Below are positions 1-9,531 of a stretch of DNA of 64,000 bases, one piece after another; within the stretch, counting starts at the first letter, position 1, and each line of letters opens with the position of its first letter. The position numbers and the translations under genes are program-made. The notes beneath the pieces were generated by a model, which saw nothing but the letters and a program-made list of their open reading frames with translations, had not been told where the DNA came from and did no database searches. This stretch comes from Gemmatimonadota bacterium (GTDB lineage Bacteria; Gemmatimonadota; Gemmatimonadetes; Longimicrobiales; Gaopeijiaceae), in NCBI GenBank assembly GCA_034521595.1, contig JAXHMG010000003.1, positions 672,001-736,000 of the forward strand. The letters are read 5' to 3'.

Positions 1-1
1 A

Positions 2-841
2 GGCGGCGACCTCGGCCGCTTCGGAGCCGAAGTGGTGCACGTGGGAGAGCACGAGGCGCTGGAGGGGTACAATCCAGAAGCGTACGCGGCGGTCGTCGCG
101 GAGCGTGTTCGCGAAGGTGGATACCATGCGGTCATCTTTCCGGCGACCACGCTCGGCAAGGACCTGGCGCCCAGGGTCGCGGCATCCCTGGATGTGCCGC
201 TCGCCGCCGACGTGACGGGGCTCGAGGCCGAGGGCGGGAAGATCTCCATCGTGCGGCCCGTGTATTCCGGGAAGGCCTTCGCGCACCTGGAAGCGGAGAC
301 GACCCCCGTGCTCGTCTCCATTCGCCCCAACGTTTTCCACGCGGCAGAGTTGAACGCGGCCGGTGCGGTCGAGACCTTCACGCCGGAGGTCGATCCGCAG
401 GCCCTCCGCGTGCGCGTGCTCGAGCGGAAGGGTGCGGGCGATGGGCAGCTCGACGTCTCCGAAGCCGCGATCATCGTCTCGGGTGGGCGTGGCATGAAAG
501 ATCCGGAGAACTGGGGCCTGCTCGAAGGCCTGCGGGACGCCATCGGATCCGGAGCCGCCCTGGGTGCTTCGCGGGCGGTGGTGGACGCGGGGTGGCGGCC
601 TCACGGCGAGCAGGTCGGACAGACCGGTAAGACGGTCGCGCCGAAGCTCTACTTCGCGGTCGGAATCTCGGGGGCGATTCAACACCTCGCCGGCATGCGC
701 ACGTCGCAGACCATCGTGGCGATCAACAAGGATGCGGACGCTCCGATCTTCGGGGTGGCCGACTACGGCATCGTGGGCGACCTCTTCGACGTGCTCCCGC
801 GACTCACGGAAGAGATCTCGGCCCTGAAGTCCGGGGATTAG
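2..841 (+). CDS. etfA: Electron transfer flavoprotein alpha subunit (5'-truncated by window edge)
   Basis: FAD-binding motifs GASRAVVDAGW, QVGQTGKTVAP, GISGAIQHLAGM; frame open back to the window start. Confidence 0.95.
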   Translation, partial: GGDLGRFGAEVVHVGEHEALEGYNPEAYAAVVAERVREGGYHAVIFPATTLGKDLAPRVAASLDVPLAADVTGLEAEGGKISIVRPVYSGKAFAHLEAETTPVLVSIRPNVFHAAELNAAGAVETFTPEVDPQALRVRVLERKGAGDGQLDVSEAAIIVSGGRGMKDPENWGLLEGLRDAIGSGAALGASRAVVDAGWRPHGEQVGQTGKTVAPKLYFAVGISGAIQHLAGMRTSQTIVAINKDADAPIFGVADYGIVGDLFDVLPRLTEEISALKSGD

Positions 842-1284
842 TCTCCGGGTTTCCGCCCCAGCAGGGGGACGGGATCGACCGGGCGGCCCCACCTCCAGAT
901 TTCGAAATGGAGGTGGGGGGCCGTCACGTCTCCCGACGCACCGCTGTGTCCGATGACGCTCCCTCCCCGGACGAGGCTACCGGCGGCTACGTGGATCTCC
1001 GAAAGGTGGGCGTAGACGCTCAGGACGGAGCCGCCGTGGTCTAGCCAGATCACGTTGCCGTACCCGCGCATCGTGCCGGCGTAGCGCACCTCCGCGTCGG
1101 CCATCGCCCGAACCGGAGTGGCCGGCGGAACGCGCAGATCCACCCCGCGGTGCGTTCCGGGCACGATACCCGAGAACCTCAACCCGTACGGAGAGGTCAT
1201 CGGGGCCTCGACCGGCCAACGGGGGAGTCCACATCCCGTCGTGGTGGCGAGGCATAGCGCCAGGACCACGGCCGGGAGCTTCAT
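838..1284 (-). CDS. M23 family metallopeptidase, probable lipoprotein
   Basis: HRGVD (HxxxD) and PHLHFE (HxH) motifs; signal peptide ending TTGC. Confidence 0.85.
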   Translation of the reverse strand: MKLPAVVLALCLATTTGCGLPRWPVEAPMTSPYGLRFSGIVPGTHRGVDLRVPPATPVRAMADAEVRYAGTMRGYGNVIWLDHGGSVLSVYAHLSEIHVAAGSLVRGGSVIGHSGASGDVTAPHLHFEIWRWGRPVDPVPLLGRKPGD

Positions 1285-2585
1285 CGGTATTCGTCGGTGG
1301 CGTTTCCGTCCAGAAGCAGGACGTCCACGACCTCTTCCCTACCGATGGAGCCGGTGCCCGGGGGAAGGATGGCAAGGCCGTCGGCGAGCGCCAGGCCGCT
1401 GACCAGGCCGGATCCTTGAGGTCCGGTCAGATGGGCGGTCGGTGGTTCGCTCGTGCGGTCGAGCGAAACCCGCAAGTAGGCGGTGAGGTCGGTCGGGCCG
1501 CGGAGGTCTTCGCCCGCTACGCATCGTAGCCTTGGCCGAAACCGTGCTTCGTGTCCCGCCGAGCTTCGTAGGAAGGGGCGTACGAAGAGCTCGAAGGTGA
1601 CGAACGCAGAAGCGGGATTGCCGGGGAGCCCGAACACGGGCTGCAGCGCATCCTCACGGGGAAGGAGACCGAAGCTGAATGGGCTTCCCGGACGGAGGCG
1701 GACCCGCCAGAAGTCCTGTCGAAAGCCGGCCCGATCCAGCACGCGCTTCACCAGGTCGGCCTCCCCCATCGATGCTCCGCCGATCGTGACGAGCACGTCC
1801 GCGTATGCCGCATCGCTCAGGTGGGCGGCAAGGTCCTCTTCGTCGTCTCCGGCGATCCGTCGCTCCCCGGGGTCCCCTCCTGCGCCGCGCACCATGGCGG
1901 CCAGCATCGGCGTGTTGGACTCCGGGATGCCCTTGCCCTTCACGACGTCGTCGTAACGCTCCGGCGGACGTAGCTCGTCGCCGGTCGCGATGAGAGCCAC
2001 ACGCGGCCTCCGGTGAACCGTCAGCCTGTTTCGGCCGAGCGCGGCCGCGAGCCCGGTGACGCCCGCGGTGACCGTGCGGCCCGCCTCCAGCACCGTTTGC
2101 CCGACACGCATGTCTTCCCCGGCCGGACGCACGTAGCGACCCCTTTCGACGGCGGCGGTGACGAGCACGTGACCCCCATGGGCCTCCTGGTCCGTGTCCT
2201 CGACCTTCACCACGGTATCCGCGCCCGGGGGAAGGGGGGCGCCCGTCATGATCCGGACCGCTCCCCGCGGTGGGACGCGGACGGTTTCGGTGTGGCCGGC
2301 CCAGACACGGCCGGCCACACGCAGGTGTGCCGGGGAGCTGGGTGTCGCTCGAGCGATATCCGCGGCACGGACGGCGTATCCATCCATGGCCGAGTTGCTC
2401 CAGGGCGGGAGCGTGGCGTTCGCCACCAGTGGCTCCGCCAGCACCCGTCCATCGGCTCCGTCGAGCGGCACGGATTCGGCGTCGAGCGGTCGCACGCGTC
2501 GCAGAATCCGCCCCATCGCTTCCTCGACGGAGAGCCAGTCGGCCGCACGGGCCTCGAATTGGGCGCTCCCGTCGGACGTGCTCAT
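1281..2585 (-). CDS. moeA: Molybdopterin molybdenumtransferase MoeA
   Basis: NSAMDGYAV, IMTGAPLPPGAD, TGDEL, GLPGNPAS motifs; start set at MSTSDG (2585). Confidence 0.92.
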   Translation of the reverse strand: MSTSDGSAQFEARAADWLSVEEAMGRILRRVRPLDAESVPLDGADGRVLAEPLVANATLPPWSNSAMDGYAVRAADIARATPSSPAHLRVAGRVWAGHTETVRVPPRGAVRIMTGAPLPPGADTVVKVEDTDQEAHGGHVLVTAAVERGRYVRPAGEDMRVGQTVLEAGRTVTAGVTGLAAALGRNRLTVHRRPRVALIATGDELRPPERYDDVVKGKGIPESNTPMLAAMVRGAGGDPGERRIAGDDEEDLAAHLSDAAYADVLVTIGGASMGEADLVKRVLDRAGFRQDFWRVRLRPGSPFSFGLLPREDALQPVFGLPGNPASAFVTFELFVRPFLRSSAGHEARFRPRLRCVAGEDLRGPTDLTAYLRVSLDRTSEPPTAHLTGPQGSGLVSGLALADGLAILPPGTGSIGREEVVDVLLLDGNATDEYR

Positions 2586-2598
2586 CGAACCCGGATAT

Positions 2599-3294
2599 TC
2601 ACCAGCGCACGAGTGTCGAGAGGGTGAGCCCGAGGGAGTGCAGCCATTCGTCCTCTTCGACCGCTTCGAAGCCGTACGCGGGATCACTGAAACCCGGGGG
2701 CGTGCCTGCCTTCCAGAGCGAGAAGGTGCCATCGAGCCGCAGCGCGAAGCGCTCGGTCATGAACCACCGGACGCCCAGGCCGCTCGTCCCATAGAAGCTG
2801 GTGCCGAAGCCGAACCGGTTCTCGGGCTCGAGCGTCCGATCCGTCTCGGTTTCTTCCTCGAGGTCGAAAACGACGCCCCCGCCCGCGACCAAGAACGGGC
2901 TGAGTCGGTGCCACGCGCGGTCTCCGGTGAGGGAGAACTTGAAGCGGGCGTCGACCGTCGTGAGCAGCACGTCCGCTTCCCCGATCACTCGGTCTCCCTC
3001 CACCCGGCCGGGGCTGATGATGTTCCGGGTCCCGTCCATCACCGTCCCCACGCCTTCGAGGGAGAGAGGACCGGATAGCTCGATGCCCCAGCGCCCACCA
3101 TAGATTCGACCCCCTTTCGGGGCGTACTCGAACCGGCCGGTTCCCGCGTCGGCCACCCCGAAGATGGGACCGGCTTCCTGTTTCTTCTCGATGAACGTGA
3201 ACGGGGACGGCACGCTCTGGGCTTCCACCGCGTGGGTGCCGAGGGCGGCGAATCCCATGACCGCCGCGAATGAATGCCAGATTCTGAGCCGCAT
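2599..3294 (-). CDS. Outer-membrane beta-barrel protein (OmpA/OmpW-like small barrel)
   Basis: Signal peptide (..AVEA-Q), alternating amphipathic strands (SPFLVAGGG, GLGVRWF), terminal W. Confidence 0.6.
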   Translation of the reverse strand: MRLRIWHSFAAVMGFAALGTHAVEAQSVPSPFTFIEKKQEAGPIFGVADAGTGRFEYAPKGGRIYGGRWGIELSGPLSLEGVGTVMDGTRNIISPGRVEGDRVIGEADVLLTTVDARFKFSLTGDRAWHRLSPFLVAGGGVVFDLEEETETDRTLEPENRFGFGTSFYGTSGLGVRWFMTERFALRLDGTFSLWKAGTPPGFSDPAYGFEAVEEDEWLHSLGLTLSTLVRW

Positions 3295-3428
3295 GCGGGT
3301 GCCGCACTCCTCTTCAGGGGCAGGTGTAGAATTGACGCTCTGGTGCGTCTCGGGCAGATTGGGAGGACGAGCGGCCACGCTCGAACGCCCCTTGTAACAC
3401 CGCCCGTCCTGGATCGTTTCAAGACAAT

Positions 3429-4502
3429 ATGACAGGGTCTGCGAGGTCTTGTAGGGGGGGGTCGAGCCTCGGGGTGCGACTCGCCGCGATCGTCGCCGTC
3501 GTCATGGCGACGTGCCCCTTCCGTGCCGGCGCTCAGGAGCCGGTGCGAACACTCGTGGACGAGAACCTCAGGCTGGAGCCGCAGGGCCAGATCCTGGGGC
3601 GGCTCGACGCCGGCGCTCCGCTCACGCGGCGATCGGCTCGCGACTCCTGGGTCGAGGTCACCGTCGAGGGGTGGGTCTGGACCGCATCGCTCCGCACGAC
3701 CGAGCGCAACGGCTTCGATCTCGTCGTGTCCGTCACGGACGGGGAAAACCTCCGGGCCGAGCCTTCAGGGGAGGTTCTGGGGCGGCTGGAAGAGGGCACG
3801 CTCCTCGAGGAGGTGGGACGAGAGACCGGTTGGGTCCGGGTCCGCCGCACGGCGTGGATGTGGTCCGAATCGGTGTCCGAGCCGGCTGAGGTGACCGCGG
3901 ACGAGGCTCGGTCCGAGAGCGATGCGGCATCGCGCTCGGCTTCCGGCGCGGCGCCCTCGGGCGCTGGGGAACCCGACCGCTTCCTTCGAGTGCAGCCGGG
4001 CACGGAGATTCTCGGTGCGCCGGACGGCGACACGCTCGCCGTGACCTCGGGCAACGGGGACGTCGAGGTCTTGGCGAGGGAAGGGAACTGGGCTCGGGTG
4101 CGTCTCGATGGGTGGATGTGGCGACCTCGGAGCGCGGACGAAAGCGACGAGGAGGGAGCGCCTCCCGCGGAGGAGGTCACGCCCGAGACCTTGGCCGAAC
4201 CGACCGGAGAAAGCTACCGAGGACGGCGGGTTCGGTGGACCGTGCAGTTCATCTCACTCGAGCGGGCGGAAGCGATCCGGACGGACTTCTTCGAGGGAGA
4301 GCCATTCATTCTCGGAAGGTTCGGAGGTGGGGACGGGCCCTTCGTGTACGTGGCCGTGCCCCCCGATCGCGTGCCCGAGGTTCAGGGACTCACCCCGCTC
4401 GACCTGGTGACGGTGACCGGACGGGTACGGGAGACGTCGTCGACGCTCACCGGGACGCCCATTCTCGACCTCCTGTCCATCGAGCGAGGCTCCGAGCGGT
4501 GA
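3429..4502 (+). CDS. Secreted protein with three SH3b-like repeats and a possible C-terminal OB-fold
   Basis: Repeated ENLRxEPxG..LGRL..G..L..W(V/A)xV..GW units; signal peptide; start uncertain. Confidence 0.65.
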   Translation: MTGSARSCRGGSSLGVRLAAIVAVVMATCPFRAGAQEPVRTLVDENLRLEPQGQILGRLDAGAPLTRRSARDSWVEVTVEGWVWTASLRTTERNGFDLVVSVTDGENLRAEPSGEVLGRLEEGTLLEEVGRETGWVRVRRTAWMWSESVSEPAEVTADEARSESDAASRSASGAAPSGAGEPDRFLRVQPGTEILGAPDGDTLAVTSGNGDVEVLAREGNWARVRLDGWMWRPRSADESDEEGAPPAEEVTPETLAEPTGESYRGRRVRWTVQFISLERAEAIRTDFFEGEPFILGRFGGGDGPFVYVAVPPDRVPEVQGLTPLDLVTVTGRVRETSSTLTGTPILDLLSIERGSER

Positions 4503-6691
4503 CCACGCGACGGCGCACGTACGGGAGAGCGGCTTCGAGCGCGCTCTGGTCGTGTGGCATCGCCTTCTTGATCTCGGGATGCTCGGAGAACCCGGTCGAT
4601 CCACGACTCGCTCCGGTGGAGGTGGTCGTGGCCGAGGGGGACGGGCAGTACGGTACGGTCGGGACCGAGCTGGGAGAGCCCCTCCGGGTGGTCGTGCGTG
4701 AAGCGGCGTCGAAGCTTCCGGTCTCGGAGGTGAGCGTCCAGTGGACCGTGACGTCGGGCGACGCATCGTTGTCCGGTCCGGACGTCAGGGTCACGGACGA
4801 GGCGGGCATCGCGGAAACCACCCTTCGTCTCGGGCCGGCGGAAGGAAGGGTCACGGTCTCCGCGACGGTCGCTGATCAACCCGACGCGCACGTCACGCTC
4901 CAAGCGTTCGTGGTTGGCATTCCCCGGATCACGGCGGTCGATCCCGCCGAGGTCGAGGCGGGAGGGACGGTCGTGCTCGAGGGGGAGAACTTCAGTCCGA
5001 CACCGGAGCAGAACCTGGTCCTGTTCGAGGGGCTCCGAGGACGTGTGGAGACCGCGACCCCGACCCGCATGGAGGTCGAGGTTCCCGACTGTATCCCGAG
5101 CCGCTCGACCGTGGAGGTTCGCGCCGGTCTCGGCTCGGTGATGAGCGAAGCGGTGCCGTTGTCCGTGTCCGGGACGGGCGGTAGCCTGCCGCTAGACGTC
5201 GGTGATGTCGTCGACCTCGACGATCCCGACGGTCTGGACTGTGTCCGCCTCTCGGGCGCGGACAGCGCGGCCTACGTCGCGGTCGCGACTTCGGCGAGTA
5301 CGATCGCCGGTGCGACTCATCCGTTCCGTATGACCGGGCTCGCATCCGGGGGAGGGCGAACGACGGCCGGTCGGGCTCGAGACGTCCTGTCGGGGGCGCC
5401 GCCTCGGGGAGACGCCCCGGAGGAGCTCTCGGCGCAGGAGCGGTTCGAGTCGAGCTTGCGTCTCGAGGAGGCCGAGCTGGTCGAGAGGCGCGTCTCCGGA
5501 GCTCATCCGACTCCCGAGGCGTTGCGCGCGCCGGCGGCCGCCCCCTCCACTGGTCAGCACCGCGACTTCTTCGTGTTCAATGGCGGCGACGACGCGGCGG
5601 ATCGCTTCGACCAGGTCCGAGCCACCGTGAGGCACGTGAGTCGGCATGCCGTCATCTACGTGGACGACGAGGCGCCGGAAGGGGGTTTCACCGACGCGGA
5701 CCTCGACAGCATCGGGGAGCGTTTCGACGAAGTGATTCACCCCACCGTGACCGATGTGTTCGGTGCCCCGTCGGACCTGGACGGGAACGAGCGCGTCGCC
5801 ATGCTCTTCACCCCGGTCGTCAACGAGCTCACCGAGCGGGAGTCCGACAGCTTCGTCGGAGGGTTCTTCTACGGTCGCGACCTGATGCCGGAGCTCGCGT
5901 CGAGTAACGGGGGCGAGATCTTCTATGCGTTGGTCCCGGATCCGAACGGTGAGCACGGGGATCCGAGGCAGCTGTCGCAGGTGAGGTCCGTGGTGCCGTC
6001 GATTTTGGCCCACGAGTTCCAGCACATGGTCCACTTCAACCAGCGCGTGTTGCTGCGGGACGCCTCTCAGGACGCGCTCTGGATGTTGGAAGGGTTGGCA
6101 CAAATGGCCGAGGAGCTCGTGGCCCGCGCCTACGAGCGGCGGTCCGCGCCGTCGGACGCGGAGCTCTTCCGCGATGGGAACCGCCGCCGCGCACGGCTCT
6201 ATCTCGACCGCCCCGATTCGGTGAGTCTGATCGTGTCGAGCGGACGGGGCACGCTCGCCGAGCGTGGCGCCGGCTTTCTCTTTCTCTTGTATCTGCACCA
6301 GCAGCACGAAGGCGATCTCCTGTCCCGATTGACCCGTACCCGACGGACGGGGGTAGAGAACGTGGAGGCCGAGACCGGCCGCCAGTGGGGTGACCTCGTG
6401 CCCGAGTGGTCGGCGGCCGCGTTCCTGGACCGTGAGGGTGTTGGACGGGAAACGCTTCGCTACCGGGATTACGACCTTGCCGGCTTCCTGGGCGATCCTT
6501 TCCCGTTGTTCTGGGAGACCGGCGGTGATCGGGACTTCTCACGCTCCTCGAGATTGCCCTCTTCGGCGAGCCGATACTTCGTCCTGGTGCCCGGAGAGAC
6601 CGCCATCTTGAGCGTCGGTTTCGCGGGAGCGGGAGGTGGACGCCACGCGCTGTCCGCTCGGACGGGATTGAGGATCGTGCGGATACGGTGA
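4499..6691 (+). CDS. Lipoprotein with Ig-like (Big/IPT-TIG) domains and an HEXXH zinc metalloprotease domain (M30-like)
   Basis: Lipobox ISGC; GDGQ/TDEAG Big-domain pattern; PRITAVDP..GENF TIG pattern; ILAHEFQHMV..WMLEGLA; GTG start overlaps upstream stop. Confidence 0.7.
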   Translation: MTTRRRTYGRAASSALWSCGIAFLISGCSENPVDPRLAPVEVVVAEGDGQYGTVGTELGEPLRVVVREAASKLPVSEVSVQWTVTSGDASLSGPDVRVTDEAGIAETTLRLGPAEGRVTVSATVADQPDAHVTLQAFVVGIPRITAVDPAEVEAGGTVVLEGENFSPTPEQNLVLFEGLRGRVETATPTRMEVEVPDCIPSRSTVEVRAGLGSVMSEAVPLSVSGTGGSLPLDVGDVVDLDDPDGLDCVRLSGADSAAYVAVATSASTIAGATHPFRMTGLASGGGRTTAGRARDVLSGAPPRGDAPEELSAQERFESSLRLEEAELVERRVSGAHPTPEALRAPAAAPSTGQHRDFFVFNGGDDAADRFDQVRATVRHVSRHAVIYVDDEAPEGGFTDADLDSIGERFDEVIHPTVTDVFGAPSDLDGNERVAMLFTPVVNELTERESDSFVGGFFYGRDLMPELASSNGGEIFYALVPDPNGEHGDPRQLSQVRSVVPSILAHEFQHMVHFNQRVLLRDASQDALWMLEGLAQMAEELVARAYERRSAPSDAELFRDGNRRRARLYLDRPDSVSLIVSSGRGTLAERGAGFLFLLYLHQQHEGDLLSRLTRTRRTGVENVEAETGRQWGDLVPEWSAAAFLDREGVGRETLRYRDYDLAGFLGDPFPLFWETGGDRDFSRSSRLPSSASRYFVLVPGETAILSVGFAGAGGGRHALSARTGLRIVRIR

Positions 6692-6710
6692 GGAGTAGCG
6701 TACCCGGTTC

Positions 6711-6739
6711 TGAATCTTTGGCGGGATGGCGTCGTAGGG
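6711..6739 (+). promoter_or_regulatory. Candidate ECF-sigma promoter (TGAATC-N16-CGTAGGG)
   Basis: Shares CGTAGGG with the promoters at 51556 and 52318; one -35 mismatch and a 16-nt spacer. Confidence 0.45.
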
Positions 6740-6752
6740 AACGGAGAGGCGT

Positions 6753-7565
6753 ATGCCATCCGATGACTTTCGCACGCTGAGGCCCATGCACTGCACCACC
6801 TGTGGCGAGGCGATCGAGCCTGGTGAGGACCGCTGCACCACCTGCGGTGCGGTCGCGCCCGCGGCGCGGATCGTGGGACATGCGGACCGAGTGCGGGCCT
6901 GCCCTCGCTGCGCGTACCAGGGCGAAGGCGTGCCGTACTTTCGCCGGGCCGGGCACGTGGCTCTGTTGGTCGGGGTGAGCGTCTTTACCTACGGGATCGG
7001 CGGACTCGTATACTGGTTGGTGCGTCGGCACCATCTCGTGTGCCCGCGATGCGGCCTCGGTTGGGAGAATGCGGCCCGCGTGATGTCCGTGGCGGGCCCC
7101 GAGGCCGAGCAACATCTTTCGAACGGGAAGGGAGCGCTCGACGAGCCATTGCCGAGTGCGGGCCTCAAGCGGCGCATCGGTGGGGTGGCGATGGTCCTCT
7201 TGGCCACGCTGCTCGTGCTCGTGGGTATCGTGGAAGGGGAGGCGGCGGCCGTCGCGCTCGGAAGCGTGGTCGGGGTGGGAGGGTCGCTGACGTTCTACTG
7301 GGGCTGGCGGGGTCTTCAGGACCGGCGTCACGCCGTCCTGCGGGGGTTGCAGCGGCGGGTTCTCCACCTCGCGGCGGAGAAAGGGGGCACGCTCACTGTG
7401 ACGGAGGCTGCCGCGGAGTTGAACCTTTCGCTGTCCGCGGCGGAGAGGATCCTCACCGGAATGGACGATGATTTCCGTGTGCGGTCCGAGATCTCGCGGG
7501 AGGGGGTCCTCTACTACGAGTTCCCGGAGCTTCGGCACCGGGGAGACCTCGGGCCCGGGGTCTGA
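6753..7565 (+). CDS. Membrane protein with zinc ribbons (one LITAF-like) and a C-terminal winged-helix
   Basis: CTTC..CTTC; CPRC-hydrophobic segment-HLVCPRC; two further TM helices; LTVTEAAAELNLSLSAAERIL; start may be 6786. Confidence 0.65.
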   Translation: MPSDDFRTLRPMHCTTCGEAIEPGEDRCTTCGAVAPAARIVGHADRVRACPRCAYQGEGVPYFRRAGHVALLVGVSVFTYGIGGLVYWLVRRHHLVCPRCGLGWENAARVMSVAGPEAEQHLSNGKGALDEPLPSAGLKRRIGGVAMVLLATLLVLVGIVEGEAAAVALGSVVGVGGSLTFYWGWRGLQDRRHAVLRGLQRRVLHLAAEKGGTLTVTEAAAELNLSLSAAERILTGMDDDFRVRSEISREGVLYYEFPELRHRGDLGPGV

Positions 7566-7697
7566 TCCGGAGGGCCCGTCGACTGCACCTACGTCGACGG
7601 CTGCTTTCTCCCGGCCCCTATGTCGATTCGGGACGCATTTCAATCGGCTGGGGGTGAAAATGTTGTGTGTGGGTCCGGGAGGGTACTACCTTGAGGA

Positions 7698-9518
7698 ATG
7701 CTCCCGACACACATCAGTTCGTCCGACCCGATCCGGACCTCTCCGACCCGCGTCGTCGGTCTCTCGGAGCACAGAAGCCGTCGACGACAAAGGCTTGCGC
7801 TCGCGCGCGCGATCTTATCCGGCGACGCGGTGCGCGCCGCTCTCGTGGATCACCTGAGCGAATTCGCCCAGATCACTGGAGCGGACCGTGCCGCGGCCGT
7901 GTGGATCGACGAGTACAGCGAGGGTGGCGTCCATCCGCACGTAGTCCTCGACCTGCTGAGCGACCGTCCTCGCCGTGCATTTCCGCGCGAGCCACTCGAG
8001 CGAGCATGGGAGTTGGGTCTGCCGGGGACGTACGAAGCCGGAAGCTCCTCCAACCGGCATGACGCGGAAGCCTCGAGCTGCTTCGCGGTCGCGCTCGGAA
8101 GCGACGGTGCACGAGCCTGGTTCCTCGTTTCCGACTCGGTCGGTCCCCGGCCGTGGTTGACGGCCAAGGACCGAGAGCGGGCGATGTTCTTGTCCGGAGA
8201 GTGCGCGAGTGCGCTGCTTCACCGGGATCTCGATGAGCTCTCCGAGCAGCCGAAACGGAATGGTCGGGGCTTCGTCGGGCTACCCGTTCTCGACGATTGC
8301 GAGGGCCGGGAGGATCGCCCCGAGGTCACGGCCAAGGTGGAGCAACGCTTCTTGGTGGTCCGGCTCACGCGAGCGTTGATCGACGGCGAGCTCGATGACG
8401 CCCCCGAAGATACGTGGCGTGAACGTCTGGACACGGTACGGGCGGAGGTGGGCAAGCGTGTCGACGACGGGGGAGACGCCGAGGATCGCTGGGCCCCCGT
8501 GTTGGACGCCGTCGCCGGCCGTACTTTTGTAGACTTGGCCGACGCGCTCCTCCATGCCGGAAGATCGGCCGAAACCGAAGGGCACGTTCACGGGGCACTG
8601 GAGCTGTATCGTTGCGCATACGATGCGGCCGCGACCGTAATGCACGCGGGAGCAGCGGTGGATGCGGCTCGCTGCCAGGGAAGGGTTCAGCGCCGCCTTG
8701 CCCGATGGGAGGATTCGGTCCGCCAATACCAGCTGGCGCACGATGTGGCGGTGGCGGCGGAGCTCTGGGAGCGTGCGGCGCGGGTGCTCGTCGGTCTGGC
8801 CTCGGTGCGGCGGGAAGTGGGCAACATCCCCGACGCACGCAGGGAGCACGTACGGGCGCTCGAGTTCGCCGAACGGTGTGGTGATGCCGACACCGTCGCC
8901 ACCGTGCATCACGGCATTCTCACTGTCGAGCACGTGGCCGGCAATCTGGATGTGGCGCTACAGCACGGATGGTCCGCGGTGTCACAGTACGAGGACGAGT
9001 CCGGCAGGATGCGGTGCCTCGCCAGTCTGGCCGGGGTCTTGCTCGAGTTCGGTGATCGGACCGCGTCGGAAGACGCGTGGACCGTAGTCGCGGAACGCAC
9101 CGCTGATCTCTACTATCGGATCTATGCGCGTGATGCGCTCGCGTATTTGGCCGCCCTCCGGGGAGACTTGGAGGGATTCCAGCGACAGGCCGCTTTGTGT
9201 GATGCCCTGGACTGGGAATCGGGACCGCTGTCGGCGAAGGCCGAGATCCTCTATTACCGTGGCAAGAGCTTCCGTGCTCTCGGTCTCCGCGATACCGCGA
9301 AAGCCTGGCTCGAGCGTGCGGTGACGTTCGCGGAGGAGCACGGCTTCAATCGTACGTTGTTCGAGGCTGAGGACGAGTTGAAGATGCTCGAGCAGGAGAA
9401 CGCGGTGCGTAACCGCGCGGCCGAGGACGACGCTGCAAACACGACGCCCGCCGCTCCTCCCGAGATCCGTGACGGACTTCGAGAGATGCGACGGGCGGTC
9501 GCCGCGTCGGGCTCGTGA
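7698..9518 (+). CDS. N-terminal GAF-like domain plus tetratricopeptide-repeat protein (candidate peptide receptor)
   Basis: GADRAAAVWID..FAVALG..WFLV GAF-like pattern; several TPR-like helical pairs (e.g. AEILYYRGKSFRALGLRDTAKAWLERAV); GAGG upstream. Confidence 0.7.
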   Translation: MLPTHISSSDPIRTSPTRVVGLSEHRSRRRQRLALARAILSGDAVRAALVDHLSEFAQITGADRAAAVWIDEYSEGGVHPHVVLDLLSDRPRRAFPREPLERAWELGLPGTYEAGSSSNRHDAEASSCFAVALGSDGARAWFLVSDSVGPRPWLTAKDRERAMFLSGECASALLHRDLDELSEQPKRNGRGFVGLPVLDDCEGREDRPEVTAKVEQRFLVVRLTRALIDGELDDAPEDTWRERLDTVRAEVGKRVDDGGDAEDRWAPVLDAVAGRTFVDLADALLHAGRSAETEGHVHGALELYRCAYDAAATVMHAGAAVDAARCQGRVQRRLARWEDSVRQYQLAHDVAVAAELWERAARVLVGLASVRREVGNIPDARREHVRALEFAERCGDADTVATVHHGILTVEHVAGNLDVALQHGWSAVSQYEDESGRMRCLASLAGVLLEFGDRTASEDAWTVVAERTADLYYRIYARDALAYLAALRGDLEGFQRQAALCDALDWESGPLSAKAEILYYRGKSFRALGLRDTAKAWLERAVTFAEEHGFNRTLFEAEDELKMLEQENAVRNRAAEDDAANTTPAAPPEIRDGLREMRRAVAASGS

Positions 9519-9531
9519 TGAAGAGCGCCGA

